This document shows, in pieces, positions 30,197 to 39,803 of a DNA stretch of 64,000 nucleotides. The notes under the pieces are model-generated. The model was not told where the DNA came from. It made no database searches and saw nothing but the letters and a program-made list of their open reading frames with translations. The translations under genes and the position numbers were made by a program. Positions within the stretch are counted from its first letter, which is position 1. Each line of letters begins with the position of its first letter. Source of the stretch: Candidatus Bathyarchaeia archaeon (GTDB lineage: Archaea > Thermoproteota > Bathyarchaeia > Bathyarchaeales > Bathycorpusculaceae); assembly GCA_038883775.1 (NCBI GenBank), contig JAVZLM010000006.1, forward strand, positions 64,001 to 128,000. The letters run 5' to 3'.

Positions 30197-30541
30197 ATGG
30201 TTAGTAAAGACCAAACAATTGGCGGAATAATATTCGTAGTCTGCGTGGTAATAGGTATATTATACACGGTTGGCTTGTTCTACTTTGGAAATCCGATTGG
30301 ACGTTGGGCTATAGAATTTTGGCTTATTGCAATTCCAGTGTTTCTTGCATTCATTGCCATAATGGGCATAGGTGCATGGATAGGTTGGACCATGGCAACA
30401 ACACCTCCACCAAAGCCGATAGAAGAAATAACGAGTGAAGTGGAAGAGAAAAAGGAAGAAGAGAAGGCGGAAGAAAAACCAGTAGAGGAAGCAACAGAAA
30501 CTGAAGAAGAGAAAAAGCCTGAAAGGAAAAAGAAAAGCTGA
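30197..30541 (+). CDS. Conserved archaeal 2-TM membrane protein
   Basis: Two TM helices, WIGWTMATTPPPKPIEE, acidic/basic tail. Confidence 0.85.
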   Translation: MVSKDQTIGGIIFVVCVVIGILYTVGLFYFGNPIGRWAIEFWLIAIPVFLAFIAIMGIGAWIGWTMATTPPPKPIEEITSEVEEKKEEEKAEEKPVEEATETEEEKKPERKKKS

Positions 30542-30603
30542 AAGCAACAACTTTTGTTGAAAATTTCATCTTACAAGAATGTGAACCATTTTACCAAGGA
30601 ATA

Positions 30604-30978
30604 TTATAATCCGAGAAACTTAAAGGCAAAATATAAAGCCATATAAACAACTGCGGAAACTCCAAAAATCACAGCGATAACTTTTGGAGAAATCGAAATA
30701 AAAGGAGTCTCTTCGCCTTTGGGTTGTATCTCATACTCCTTAATGATGTGTGTTTCAGCGTCAACCTTAACCAAAGCTAAAAACTTTTTCATCTCCACCT
30801 CCACCGTGTAAACTCCTTCCTCTAATGACACTCTTTTTGGCTTTAGACCGCCTTTATTTCCAATTCTCTTGAGAAATCCAGTGGCAATGGCTGTTACAGT
30901 TTCAGCATTCAGCTCTCTCGTCTGAGGAGTAGCGGATGTAAGAGCGCCAGGCGCTTTTCTCTGCAGGGTTGCTGACAA
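30604..30978 (-). CDS. Tail-anchored protein with PepSY-like domain
   Basis: Helix plus VYTVEV...VKVDAETH-IKEY pattern; single C-terminal TM. Confidence 0.65.
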   Translation of the reverse strand: MSATLQRKAPGALTSATPQTRELNAETVTAIATGFLKRIGNKGGLKPKRVSLEEGVYTVEVEMKKFLALVKVDAETHIIKEYEIQPKGEETPFISISPKVIAVIFGVSAVVYMALYFAFKFLGL

Positions 30979-31056
30979 TTATATTGTCTCCTATGTCAGT
31001 TTATACAGAATAGGTGGACGTTTAAAAGGGCATGTGCGTATCATTGTTAACCAACC

Positions 31057-31452
31057 TTAGCCAGTTACGTTTTTGAGCATGCACTGCACTATGTTTTCGC
31101 ACATCATACATTCTTCTGGAATTTTCTCCTTTGTTTTACGCTCGCTTAAATATCCAAAATGGTGAGCGCACCCTTGCGTTTTAGGCGGTGCTTGCAAAGT
31201 TTCCTTTTCTTTGACAATTACCTCTTGAGCCTTAACTTCCAATTCTACCTCTGCTTTTTGGCTTGTCTCAATTATTGGAGCGCTTTTTTCAACCGTGATT
31301 TCTGTTAAGCAGTATGGACACGCGTTATAGCTTTTAGCGTGTTTTAGGTTTAGATTTTCAGCTTTAAGTGGAGCTGTAAACACTTTTCCACATGATGGGT
31401 TTGGGCATATATAGGTTTGGTTATGGGGTGGGTTATCTTTCTTTTTTGTGAT
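31057..31452 (-). CDS. Double zinc-finger protein (probable non-canonical start)
   Basis: Frame is open upstream of GTG 31383 and encodes CPNPSC, which pairs with CPYC; C-terminal CAHHFGYL...PEECMMC...C. Confidence 0.7.
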   Translation of the reverse strand: MTKKKDNPPHNQTYICPNPSCGKVFTAPLKAENLNLKHAKSYNACPYCLTEITVEKSAPIIETSQKAEVELEVKAQEVIVKEKETLQAPPKTQGCAHHFGYLSERKTKEKIPEECMMCENIVQCMLKNVTG

Positions 31453-31551
31453 TTTTGACCCTCCTTTAACATAGAATCGGATTCCGAGTTTATAGTGTTA
31501 ATGAATCCAGAATTAATATCGTGAATATTCGCCAAAAATTACATTAAAAAT

Positions 31552-32130
31552 TTATGGAGAAGCCAACTTTTTTAGGTCTTCCTCGCCCTCCGCATATCCC
31601 GAAGCTATCAAGATGTCGTCTACTTGAATTTTGGTTTCAGGCTTCGGTCGTATACATCTGTCTCCCCTTCTTATGGCAAGAACCCACATTCCAGTTTCTT
31701 CATGAACCTTAACATCTCGCAAGGTTTTGTTTACCAAGGGAGAGTTTTCTGACACTTTTACGTATGTAACGGTTTCTTTCGCTTCTTCTATCGTCAATTT
31801 CAGCACTAGGTGGGGCTCTATTTCTCTCAAAACAACCTCAGCTATTTCCGCTGCAGCATCGGCTATTTTTTCTGTCGCAACACCCAATCTTATCAGTCCT
31901 AAGAAGCCTTTAGCTTCTTCTTTTTTGAAACCACTTGACAAAACAAGCAATTCAAAATCTGTGTGCAATTTATCCATATACTCTTCTAATTTCTGCACTT
32001 CTTCAGCCAACTCCTTACTATTTAATAACAATGATGAATAAGCCAAATCCATCATAAGCTCCGAAGTATCTTTAAGCTCAACAAACTTCTCCACTATTTC
32101 CTCAAATCTTTGGCTAGCCTTTACCGACAC
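31552..32130 (-). CDS. PhoU-like plus TrkA-C (RCK_C) domain protein
   Basis: ELKDTSELMMDLAYS, EKIADAA, ETGMWVLAIRRG. Confidence 0.88.
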   Translation of the reverse strand: MSVKASQRFEEIVEKFVELKDTSELMMDLAYSSLLLNSKELAEEVQKLEEYMDKLHTDFELLVLSSGFKKEEAKGFLGLIRLGVATEKIADAAAEIAEVVLREIEPHLVLKLTIEEAKETVTYVKVSENSPLVNKTLRDVKVHEETGMWVLAIRRGDRCIRPKPETKIQVDDILIASGYAEGEEDLKKLASP

Positions 32131-32741
32131 AGGTTAAGCCCCCATTTAAGCCGTTTTCCCTCGCAAAATTCTCTAAACTCTTTTAAGCCCTCAGGAGCCC
32201 CACGGGCTATAATAATATCACCCACCTTGATTTTTTCCATTTCTTTTGGGTCGATTATCCAGTCCTTGTTTCTGTGGATTGCAATTATGTCAACACCCAT
32301 TTCTGCCGCCAACTTCAATTCGCCTATCGATTTTCCAACAAGTATGGAGTTGCTCAATACTTCAGCTCTAATTAAGCGTTCTTCAACTTTTTCGAAAATT
32401 TCTCCAACTATAGGGTGCACACCAATGTTTTGGGTAACTATGGCTGCTATATCTGCAGCTGCATCGGATATCTTGTCTGCGGCAGCTGCAACTGTTGAAA
32501 CCCCTGTTAAGGCTTCAGCGTCTTCGGGATCTCTTGCTGCAAGCATTATTGTCATGTCTAACAAATAAGCTAAGGTGTCAACGCGCTTTTCGAGTTCCAA
32601 AACATCTTCTGCAAGGTTCTTATCATTGAACAAAGCTGCAGAATACGCCAAATCAATCATCAATTCTGATAGGTTCTTGATTTCAAGGAAAAGTTCTCGA
32701 ACAGGGATTGGTCGATATTCAATCTTCTCGAAACGGGGCAT
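32121..32741 (-). CDS. PhoU-like plus TrkA-C domain protein (paralog)
   Basis: EIKNLSELMIDLAYS, DKISDAA, GVDIIAIHR; start reassigned to MPRF. Confidence 0.88.
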   Translation of the reverse strand: MPRFEKIEYRPIPVRELFLEIKNLSELMIDLAYSAALFNDKNLAEDVLELEKRVDTLAYLLDMTIMLAARDPEDAEALTGVSTVAAAADKISDAAADIAAIVTQNIGVHPIVGEIFEKVEERLIRAEVLSNSILVGKSIGELKLAAEMGVDIIAIHRNKDWIIDPKEMEKIKVGDIIIARGAPEGLKEFREFCEGKRLKWGLNLCR

Positions 32742-32802
32742 ATTGTTAAAGTCGCTCCAACCACTATAATAAAAGTTTTTCATTATTATCTTTTTCTTGA
32801 AA

Positions 32803-33993
32803 TTAGCCTACCAAAAATAGGGCTGCAAGTAAAGCTATTGTTGTGATGCTATCTGCAAGGGAACTTTCAATCGGGATAACAAAGTTGTCTGGGTCTAAGC
32901 CCTTCTGAAAGGTTAAGATTGCCACAGCAAAAGATATTATGATGATTGCCGACACCGCAATCAAGTTAGCTATGAGCAAGAGGGCTGTGAAATCAAGAAA
33001 GGCGGAAAGAGAAAGCATGTTATTTATGGAAAGCGATAAAGCCGAAAATAAAACAAAGTAAACAACAGCAGAAGCCCAAGCTGCAAAAATTTGTTGAGAA
33101 TGGTTTCGCATATCAGTAAAGGAGGGCTTAAGCAAACCTAATGCAAGCTTTGTTGTGGCTGTAGAACCAACAACAGAACCCACATCTCCTACAGTATCAA
33201 TTAGGGCGGGGTAGACACTATAAATCTCTTTGCGCCCTTCTACAATAATGCTTATCCTATTAAGCACAGTTCCGGTGATGTTAACGATAAAAGCCACAAT
33301 TAGCAGTGTAGCTAAAGATTCTTTCAAAGTTTTAATAAACTCATTTGTCTTAAAATCTCGCAAAACAAGATATAATGTCAAAAATATATGGAAAAACATG
33401 ACGAAAACAACCGCATATTTAGAAAAACCGTATAAAACAAGCACGAAAATGTAACACATTGTTATAAATATGTCAGCAACAGTCGACATTATTGGATATT
33501 CAATCACATCCGGGTCTAAACCCTTCTTAAACGTTGTAAAACCAACACCCATGGTAATAAAAGAAAGAAAAAGCCCAAAAGTCATGGTTGAAACCACAGC
33601 GGCAAAAATATCAAAGAAAACATCTGAAGATATCCCCCAAAAAACGCTGCCAAAAAGCATTGAAACACAACTCATGAAAATGCTAGTTTCCAAAGTTAGA
33701 ACAATAATCGCATCAAACAAAACATAAAAACTCTTTGTGTTCCCAAAAAACTTTGGATAAATTGTACCAAGATGCAATGCCGTACCCAAGCGTCCACTGA
33801 ACAATCCACTTATCATTCCCCGCGCACTCAGGATTGTTGGATAAACAGCTATAGCCCAAGGATAAGATTGAAAAACGTTAAAGTAATAAGCCACAAGAAA
33901 ACCAGCGACTATACCGCCAAAATCAAAAGCATAGGCTATCAAAGTCTCTCTTAAAGCTTTAGAGAAAGCCTTATGGTTTTCATAGCTTGTCAT
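32803..33993 (-). CDS. MgtE/SLC41-type divalent cation transporter (two membrane repeats)
   Basis: Two GLDPD motifs (GLDPDVIEYP, GLDPDNFVIP), RLGTALHLG. Confidence 0.88.
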   Translation of the reverse strand: MTSYENHKAFSKALRETLIAYAFDFGGIVAGFLVAYYFNVFQSYPWAIAVYPTILSARGMISGLFSGRLGTALHLGTIYPKFFGNTKSFYVLFDAIIVLTLETSIFMSCVSMLFGSVFWGISSDVFFDIFAAVVSTMTFGLFLSFITMGVGFTTFKKGLDPDVIEYPIMSTVADIFITMCYIFVLVLYGFSKYAVVFVMFFHIFLTLYLVLRDFKTNEFIKTLKESLATLLIVAFIVNITGTVLNRISIIVEGRKEIYSVYPALIDTVGDVGSVVGSTATTKLALGLLKPSFTDMRNHSQQIFAAWASAVVYFVLFSALSLSINNMLSLSAFLDFTALLLIANLIAVSAIIIISFAVAILTFQKGLDPDNFVIPIESSLADSITTIALLAALFLVG

Positions 33994-34348
33994 CGGCTAA
34001 AAGCCTCCTTTTTCGAACTTTCATCAAGCGGAATGGTTTAGGAAGAGACGTTATGGGCAAGATTATTTGCCTACTAACAACATGGAGGGCTACCCCTGTT
34101 ATAGGCTGTTGTGTTGGAAAATAAAAAGCATCCATGAAGATAATGTTGGCTTGCCTCATCCTGCACACCTTCTGAATCGCCATGCCCCTCCACTTCAATG
34201 CCAACCTCTCATTTGCTCTTAAACCTAAACAATGGCACCATATTGCTTAAATAGATTTCCAACAAAACTTATGGAAAATTCATATTCAAAATTCATAACG
34301 GTTTTAATTTTTCAAATTCTAACCTTCGCCATATTAAAGGTGAAAAAA

Positions 34349-34537
34349 GTGTATATAATATGGATAAAAATTGATGAAACCCTGCCAAAAATTGAACTAA
34401 AAGGTGAATATCAAACCAGAAAAGAAGCAAAAAAGGCAGCAAAACAAATCATAGGAAACATTAAAGTTGAAATCATAAATGCTTCCCAAATGAGAGACTC
34501 TATAAAACCGTTAGCAACAGCAAAGGCTATACGCTAA
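34349..34537 (+). CDS. Small hypothetical protein
   Basis: GTG after AAGGTGA SD-like motif; start uncertain. Confidence 0.45.
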   Translation: MYIIWIKIDETLPKIELKGEYQTRKEAKKAAKQIIGNIKVEIINASQMRDSIKPLATAKAIR

Positions 34538-34553
34538 GAAGCAATCTTCCGTT

Positions 34554-34943
34554 TCATGAGGGACGTTCACAAATTGAACATTTGCATGTTTTTAATGCTG
34601 GTAAATCTTTTTGGTGCAGTTCACAAATAATCTCTTCAGACCTTATCTTAGTGCATATGTCGCACAATTGTTCCACAACCCCCTCCATTGAAGCCCCACC
34701 TTTCGCTAAGGCATCTGCAAGTTTTGAAACCTCTTTCATCACCTCTTCAGAATGCCCTATCTCCTCTAAAAGTATGGAACCTCTTTCTCCCTTCAAATAT
34801 TGAGTTATTGCCGCTGGCGTTAACTCCATCCTCGTTGACGCATCAATTTTGCGCATATTATACTTTTTCATTAGTTCCTTCATTACAAGCACTCTGATTG
34901 CTGGAAGCACATGTTTGACTATGATTACGCATGGTGGTTTCAT
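34554..34943 (-). CDS. Cys-rich HTH transcriptional regulator (COG2522-like)
   Basis: KPPC...LPAIR...ELTPAAITQYLKGERG HTH; CDIC, C-LH, CKCSIC. Confidence 0.85.
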   Translation of the reverse strand: MKPPCVIIVKHVLPAIRVLVMKELMKKYNMRKIDASTRMELTPAAITQYLKGERGSILLEEIGHSEEVMKEVSKLADALAKGGASMEGVVEQLCDICTKIRSEEIICELHQKDLPALKTCKCSICERPS

Positions 34944-34983
34944 TTTGTTTCCCTAGTTTATTTAGGCATTAAGCTTATACATG

Positions 34984-35016
34984 TTTAACGGCGTTAAATT
35001 ATTTAACACTGTTAAA
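34984..35016. promoter_or_regulatory. Two tandem palindromic operators TTTAAC-N3-GTTAAA
   Basis: TTTAACGGCGTTAAA at 34984-34998 and TTTAACACTGTTAAA at 35002-35016, between divergent genes. Confidence 0.75.
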
Positions 35017-35027
35017 AAAGGATTGCC

Positions 35028-35450
35028 ATGATACACGCCCAACTACAAATAGTCAAACTAACAGAACTAAAACAACACGAAGAAGTTGACCCTACCCACT
35101 TAAAAGAGTTAAAAAAAGAAATAGCCTCAGACAAAATCCTAAAATTTGCCATAGTAGCCGACAAAAACACGAACATCATTCTCGATGGCCAACATAGGTT
35201 CAACGCTATCAAAGAATTAGGGTACAGCCGTATTCCCGTAGTATACGTTGACTACAACTTACCAGAAATAGAAGTTCAAAGCTGGAAAGGCAATCCATAT
35301 TTGACTAAAAAAGAGGTAATAGAAGCTGGCTTAAGCGGAAGAAAATTTCCGCCAAAAACCTCAAAACACATGATAAGAATTGGCGGCTCGCTACATCACA
35401 TATCTGCAATTGAGAAGCGTCTCGACATTCCATTAGAAAAGTTAAGGTGA
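35028..35450 (+). CDS. ParB/Srx-fold protein, SerK (free serine kinase)-like, short form
   Basis: QHEE, ILDGQHR, VDY, W, TKKEV...G-KFPPKTSKH, DIPLE-L match the SerK core motifs (from memory). Confidence 0.75.
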   Translation: MIHAQLQIVKLTELKQHEEVDPTHLKELKKEIASDKILKFAIVADKNTNIILDGQHRFNAIKELGYSRIPVVYVDYNLPEIEVQSWKGNPYLTKKEVIEAGLSGRKFPPKTSKHMIRIGGSLHHISAIEKRLDIPLEKLR

Positions 35451-35455
35451 TCCGG

Positions 35456-36373
35456 ATGATTGTGGCAAAAGACATAACACAACTTATCGGCAAAACTCCA
35501 ATGGTAAAAATAAACAAGCTCACAGAACCAAACGACGCCACAGTTTATGCAAAATTAGAATGGTACAACATCGGTGGCTCTGTTAAAGACAGAATGGCAC
35601 TATACCTAATAGAATATGCAGAAGCAGCGGGCAAAATTACCAAAGATAAAAAAATATTGGAAGCAACCTCCGGAAACACTGGAATAGCATTGGCTATGAT
35701 AGCTGCTGCGAAAGGCTATAAAATATGCATTGTAATGCCGGAATCTGTAAGTGTTGAAAGAAGAAAAATTTTGGAGGCATATGGAGCTGAATTGATCCTA
35801 TCGCCGGGCGAAAAGGGAACGGGCGGAGCCATAGAGCTCAAACAAAAACTTCTCAAAAATCATCCAAACGAATACATAAACTTAGACCAATTTAAAGACC
35901 CGGCAAACATCCTCGCCCACTACCAAACAACAGGCAAAGAAATTCTTGAACAAACCAGAGGCAAAGTAGACATGATTGTTGTAGGCGTTGGAACCGCAGG
36001 CACAGGCGTTGGAGTCTCCTTACGCGTCAAAAGCTATAATCCAAACATAAAAATAGTCGGCGTAATGCCAAGCCTGGGCGTAAAAATCCAAGGTTTAAGA
36101 AATCCAAAAGAACCTTACCCAACACAGCTTTTCAGACAAGAATGCTTTGACGAAATTGACGAAATTACGGAAAGCGAAGTGCCCAAAACCTTTGAAGTGG
36201 CACGAAGGGCTGCAAGGGAAGAGGGCCTACTTATTGGTATGAGTTCAGGAGCAATTCTATATGTTGCATTGAAAAAAGCGAAAGAGCTGGGTAAAGATAA
36301 GATGATAGTGGCAGTTCTACCCGATTCAGGAGAAAAATACCTGAGCACGCAACTATTCACACAAACAACTTAA
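35456..36373 (+). CDS. cysK: Cysteine synthase (CysK/CysM, PLP-dependent)
   Basis: IGKTP, GGSVKDR, EATSGNTG, GVGTAGT, GMSSGA, PDSGEKYLS. Confidence 0.92.
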   Translation: MIVAKDITQLIGKTPMVKINKLTEPNDATVYAKLEWYNIGGSVKDRMALYLIEYAEAAGKITKDKKILEATSGNTGIALAMIAAAKGYKICIVMPESVSVERRKILEAYGAELILSPGEKGTGGAIELKQKLLKNHPNEYINLDQFKDPANILAHYQTTGKEILEQTRGKVDMIVVGVGTAGTGVGVSLRVKSYNPNIKIVGVMPSLGVKIQGLRNPKEPYPTQLFRQECFDEIDEITESEVPKTFEVARRAAREEGLLIGMSSGAILYVALKKAKELGKDKMIVAVLPDSGEKYLSTQLFTQTT

Positions 36374-36377
36374 ACAA

Positions 36378-36390
36378 AAGCGCCGGGGAA
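36378..36390. repeat. 13-bp direct repeat of the tRNA-Ser 3' end (att-like)
   Basis: AAGCGCCGGGGAA here is identical to 41483-41495. Confidence 0.6.
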
Positions 36391-36613
36391 TAGGTTTACA
36401 TCTTGGTTTGAATTCTCGGCAAATCCTCCTTCCATAGAGCGCCGATGCAGGTTCTTAGGTTAAATTCCAACCCACCGAGAGCTTGATGCGCCTCCCGCGT
36501 AAAAGTTCTAGTGCCGTCTTTTCTTTCTTCTAAACTTCCTTTTTTGCTGCTTCGCAACCTTGGCCTCACGACGCCTCCTAGAACCCACCAACCATCTTCA
36601 CTCTTCATATATT

Positions 36614-36751
36614 TTATTCGGCGACCCATGCTTTTACGGCTTCTTCAACAGCTCTAGATAGATCACCCTTTTTCCCGCCGAATCTCTCAATGGCCTTTAA
36701 TCTGAGCTTCTTTTCCAGTTCATCTGGAATATCCACGCATATCCGGCCCAT
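36614..36751 (-). CDS. Ribbon-helix-helix (CopG-like) DNA-binding protein, 45 aa
   Basis: Not in ORF track. MGRICVDIPDELEKKLRLKAIERFGGKKGDLSRAVEEAVKAWVAE*, preceded by GGTGA. Confidence 0.8.
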   Translation of the reverse strand: MGRICVDIPDELEKKLRLKAIERFGGKKGDLSRAVEEAVKAWVAE

Positions 36752-36880
36752 TTCAATCACCAAACTATTAATTTTTGACACGATTCGCACGTGCTAGATG
36801 TTCTTCCAATAAGCAAATTGCCAGATGCCAAGTACTTCCTTCATTTTTGTTATCATCTTTTTCACCGTAATTTGCTTATC

Positions 36881-36898
36881 CGCATAATACATTATGCG
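36881..36898. promoter_or_regulatory. Perfect inverted repeat CGCATAAT-AC-ATTATGCG upstream of the RHH gene
   Basis: 8-bp arms, next to a TATA-like AT tract. Confidence 0.5.
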
Positions 36899-37119
36899 AT
36901 TACTAAATTATAAATGTATCTGATTAAGCATTTACGCGCTAAAGATATAAGTAGCACCATGATTACCATACCCATTGCCAATATCTTCCTCATCTTTTGC
37001 CCCTACGTATGCCATGATTCCGCCGATGAGACCGAAGAAGAACGATATCAGATACCAAGAAAAGAACAACTAATTTCACAGTTTTCACGATAAGCACATA
37101 AATAGCAGCAATAGTCTTT

Positions 37120-37926
37120 CTAAGCCTTGTTTATTAACGATGGGCTTTCGGTCTGTGTTGCTGCTTTGTTTTTCTCGAGAGTGTCTATGACCTTATCTAC
37201 GAGGTTAAAGTAGGTGGGGTCTCTCATGTGTTTTTCTCGTGGCCTTGGTATGTCTATTTTCACTTCTCTGATGACTTTTCCAGGTCTAGGCGACATGACT
37301 ATGACTCTGTCTGCCATAAAAACTGCTTCTTCAACGTTGTGGCTTACCATTATGAAAGTGTTTGTCGGCAGGGTTGGGTCTCGCCATATATCGAGAACAA
37401 GTTTGCGGAGGGTTTTTGCTGTAAGCTCATCCAGGGAAGAGAAGGGTTCATCCATTAAGAGGGCTTCGGGTTTTAGGGCTAGCGCCCTTGCTATTCCGAC
37501 GCGCTGTTTCATTCCGCCTGAAAGGTCATGGGGATAAGTGTTTTCGAAGCCTTCAAGCCCAACCATCCTCAAGTATTCTCGGGCTATTTTCCAACGCTCT
37601 TCTTTTTCTAAGCCAAGCACTTCTAATGGCAATTCAACATTTTCCAATGCTGTTTTCCAAGGCAATAATCCGAAAAGCTGGAAGACCATGGCAATTTTTG
37701 GAGTTGGCTTGGTTATGGGTTGCCCGCGGAACAGCACCCTGCCCGAGTCAGCTTTCTCTAAGCCGGCAATTATTCTAAGTAACGTAGATTTTCCGCATCC
37801 TGAAGGCCCAACTATGCAGGCGAATTCGTCATTTCCAATGGAGAAGCTAACATTTTCCAAAACAAGTATTCTTGATTTACCTGTTGTGAACGTTTTGGTT
37901 ACGTTTTCTACTTCAATCAGTGACAA
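37120..37926 (-). CDS. ABC transporter ATP-binding protein, NitT/TauT family
   Basis: GPSGCGKST, LSGGMKQR, LLMDEPF, VSHNVEEA, PRPG. Confidence 0.93.
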   Translation of the reverse strand: MSLIEVENVTKTFTTGKSRILVLENVSFSIGNDEFACIVGPSGCGKSTLLRIIAGLEKADSGRVLFRGQPITKPTPKIAMVFQLFGLLPWKTALENVELPLEVLGLEKEERWKIAREYLRMVGLEGFENTYPHDLSGGMKQRVGIARALALKPEALLMDEPFSSLDELTAKTLRKLVLDIWRDPTLPTNTFIMVSHNVEEAVFMADRVIVMSPRPGKVIREVKIDIPRPREKHMRDPTYFNLVDKVIDTLEKNKAATQTESPSLINKA

Positions 37927-37928
37927 GG

Positions 37929-39593
37929 TTATACCTCCACATGGTATTTTTCAAATTTTCTAAGTAGTCGTCTCCAAACAAACACCTCCATAGAAAGCAC
38001 AATCGCCGCCACTATGCCGAGGATGAAAATGAGTAACACGGTGTTTCCATACTCGTATCCAGCCTTATCCAACAGCGAACCCAAACCTGGAACAGAAAGT
38101 GGTGGAATCGATGGTTGTGTTGAAGGCATATATTCTGCAAATATAATAGTGTTCCAGCCTGTTCCCCATGAAAGTATGCTTCCAGTAACTATTGAAGGCA
38201 GGATGGACGGAATAACTATATGCGTTATTCTCTTCAAGCCCTTAAATCCGAACAGTTGACCAACCTCCCTTATCTCTGTTGGAATGTTTTTCACGGCGCT
38301 TACAATGTTTAGGAACATATACCAAATCATATCCAGAACAAGCATTATTATGCAAGTAAGTTCAAGGGCAACTCTGGGAATCCCAATAAGCTGATTTAAT
38401 CCAAGAAAAAGCACAGGAAACAACGCCAATATCGGCACTCCCTGCCCAATATCGTAAAGAGGATAGAAGATAGCCGCAACTTTCTTGTGCTCCGCAGCGA
38501 GAACCCCCATGCCAATAGCCACAACGAGAGAAACTCCATAAGCTATTGCAAGTCTTCCCATGGTAAAGGCAATTAAAATTGGGAGATAGCCTAGTTGTTC
38601 CGCTGGCGGTTCGCTGAATCCTCCACGAATTATTCCCAACGTTGGAAATTGACCAAGCATCACATACAAGACGAAGAATACAGCTGAAAAAGCGAGGACA
38701 ACTGCAATAATCTTTTCGATGCGTGCATATTTTCGCAAGCGTTGAGAAGCTACAGAGAAAGCTTTCGGCCAATGAAACCTTCCAAAATGCAACAACCTTC
38801 TGGCTCGGGCAACCTCAATTTTTCCAACTCCAGACAAGTCCACTGAAAAGACGGGTTTAAACGTGCCTGTGCTAGCCTTCTCCACCAGCCGGTGCCATGT
38901 CAAAGTGTTAAAGTAAACAACAATGAAAGTTATGAATAGGAGAAGGATTATTGCAACGTTCATGTCCTGCCACTCGTAGGCTGCCTTTGCCAAGAGAGAA
39001 CCCAACCCGCCTGAAGGCGGCGTCACGACCCCTCCCTTGTATTGGATGTATTCCGCGGCTATCATAAAGAACCAGCCGTCGCACCACGCAAGGTTTGCTC
39101 CAGAAATCACAGCAGGAGTAATGGCAGGCAGAATCACATGTCTAACATATTTCCATCCCACTAAACCGAAGCTTCGAGCTGACTCTACAACGTTTGTTGG
39201 TATACCTTTTATGGCTCCCAGCACTCCGAAGAATATGCTCCAAGCCATAGATGTAAAGAGTAAAACGATTACTGAAAGTTCGATTCCTATAGGGCCTAAA
39301 GCGAATAAAAAGCCAATCACCATTGGGAAATATCCAAGTATAGGAATCGACTGCAAAAGGTCTATGAAAGGTGTAAGAATAAACGAAGCATACTTGTTTG
39401 TGGCGGCTAATATGCCGAATGAAACTCCCCAAACAACAGAAATTAAAAGAGTAATTATGATTCTTGAAACTGTGCTAAAAGTATAAAGTGGAAGATTTTT
39501 TATCTCCGGATAACCCACGAAGGTTACAATTAGCCAAGCCATAACACAGAGAGTTAACAACCCGCCAAAGAAGCTTACTAAGTATTTTCGCAA
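37929..39593 (-). CDS. ABC transporter permease, NitT/TauT family, two fused TM domains
   Basis: Two repeats (LQSIPILG / GQGVPILA, EAA-like loops, W---I-AEY). Confidence 0.9.
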   Translation of the reverse strand: MRKYLVSFFGGLLTLCVMAWLIVTFVGYPEIKNLPLYTFSTVSRIIITLLISVVWGVSFGILAATNKYASFILTPFIDLLQSIPILGYFPMVIGFLFALGPIGIELSVIVLLFTSMAWSIFFGVLGAIKGIPTNVVESARSFGLVGWKYVRHVILPAITPAVISGANLAWCDGWFFMIAAEYIQYKGGVVTPPSGGLGSLLAKAAYEWQDMNVAIILLLFITFIVVYFNTLTWHRLVEKASTGTFKPVFSVDLSGVGKIEVARARRLLHFGRFHWPKAFSVASQRLRKYARIEKIIAVVLAFSAVFFVLYVMLGQFPTLGIIRGGFSEPPAEQLGYLPILIAFTMGRLAIAYGVSLVVAIGMGVLAAEHKKVAAIFYPLYDIGQGVPILALFPVLFLGLNQLIGIPRVALELTCIIMLVLDMIWYMFLNIVSAVKNIPTEIREVGQLFGFKGLKRITHIVIPSILPSIVTGSILSWGTGWNTIIFAEYMPSTQPSIPPLSVPGLGSLLDKAGYEYGNTVLLIFILGIVAAIVLSMEVFVWRRLLRKFEKYHVEV

Positions 39594-39803
39594 GTTTCAT
39601 GCGCCTTCTAAACCTCAACTATAATAGGCGAAAATACAAGGACGATTTAAGAATATCGCATGCTTAACAACAGCTTACTAATGCTGCCCTAATATCAAAC
39701 TACCTTAAAAAAGAGTTAAACATCTTAAAACCTTTCATTGTTGCGCTTAATTACATGTGTGCCTGAAATAAGTTTAAATGTGTTTGAAATGTTAGGATTT
39801 ATT

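Noticed and set aside
35028-35450. ParB-like protein as a chromosome-partition factor
   Set aside because: No HTH, no parA neighbour, SerK-type motifs, and it is coupled to cysK.
36396-36629. 77-aa ORF at the island's left edge as an integrase remnant
   Set aside because: No tyrosine- or serine-recombinase motif is recognisable; left uncalled.
36950-37070. Membrane-protein fragment (WYLISFFFGLIGGIMAYVG) on the minus strand
   Set aside because: Too short and degraded to define boundaries; probably island debris.
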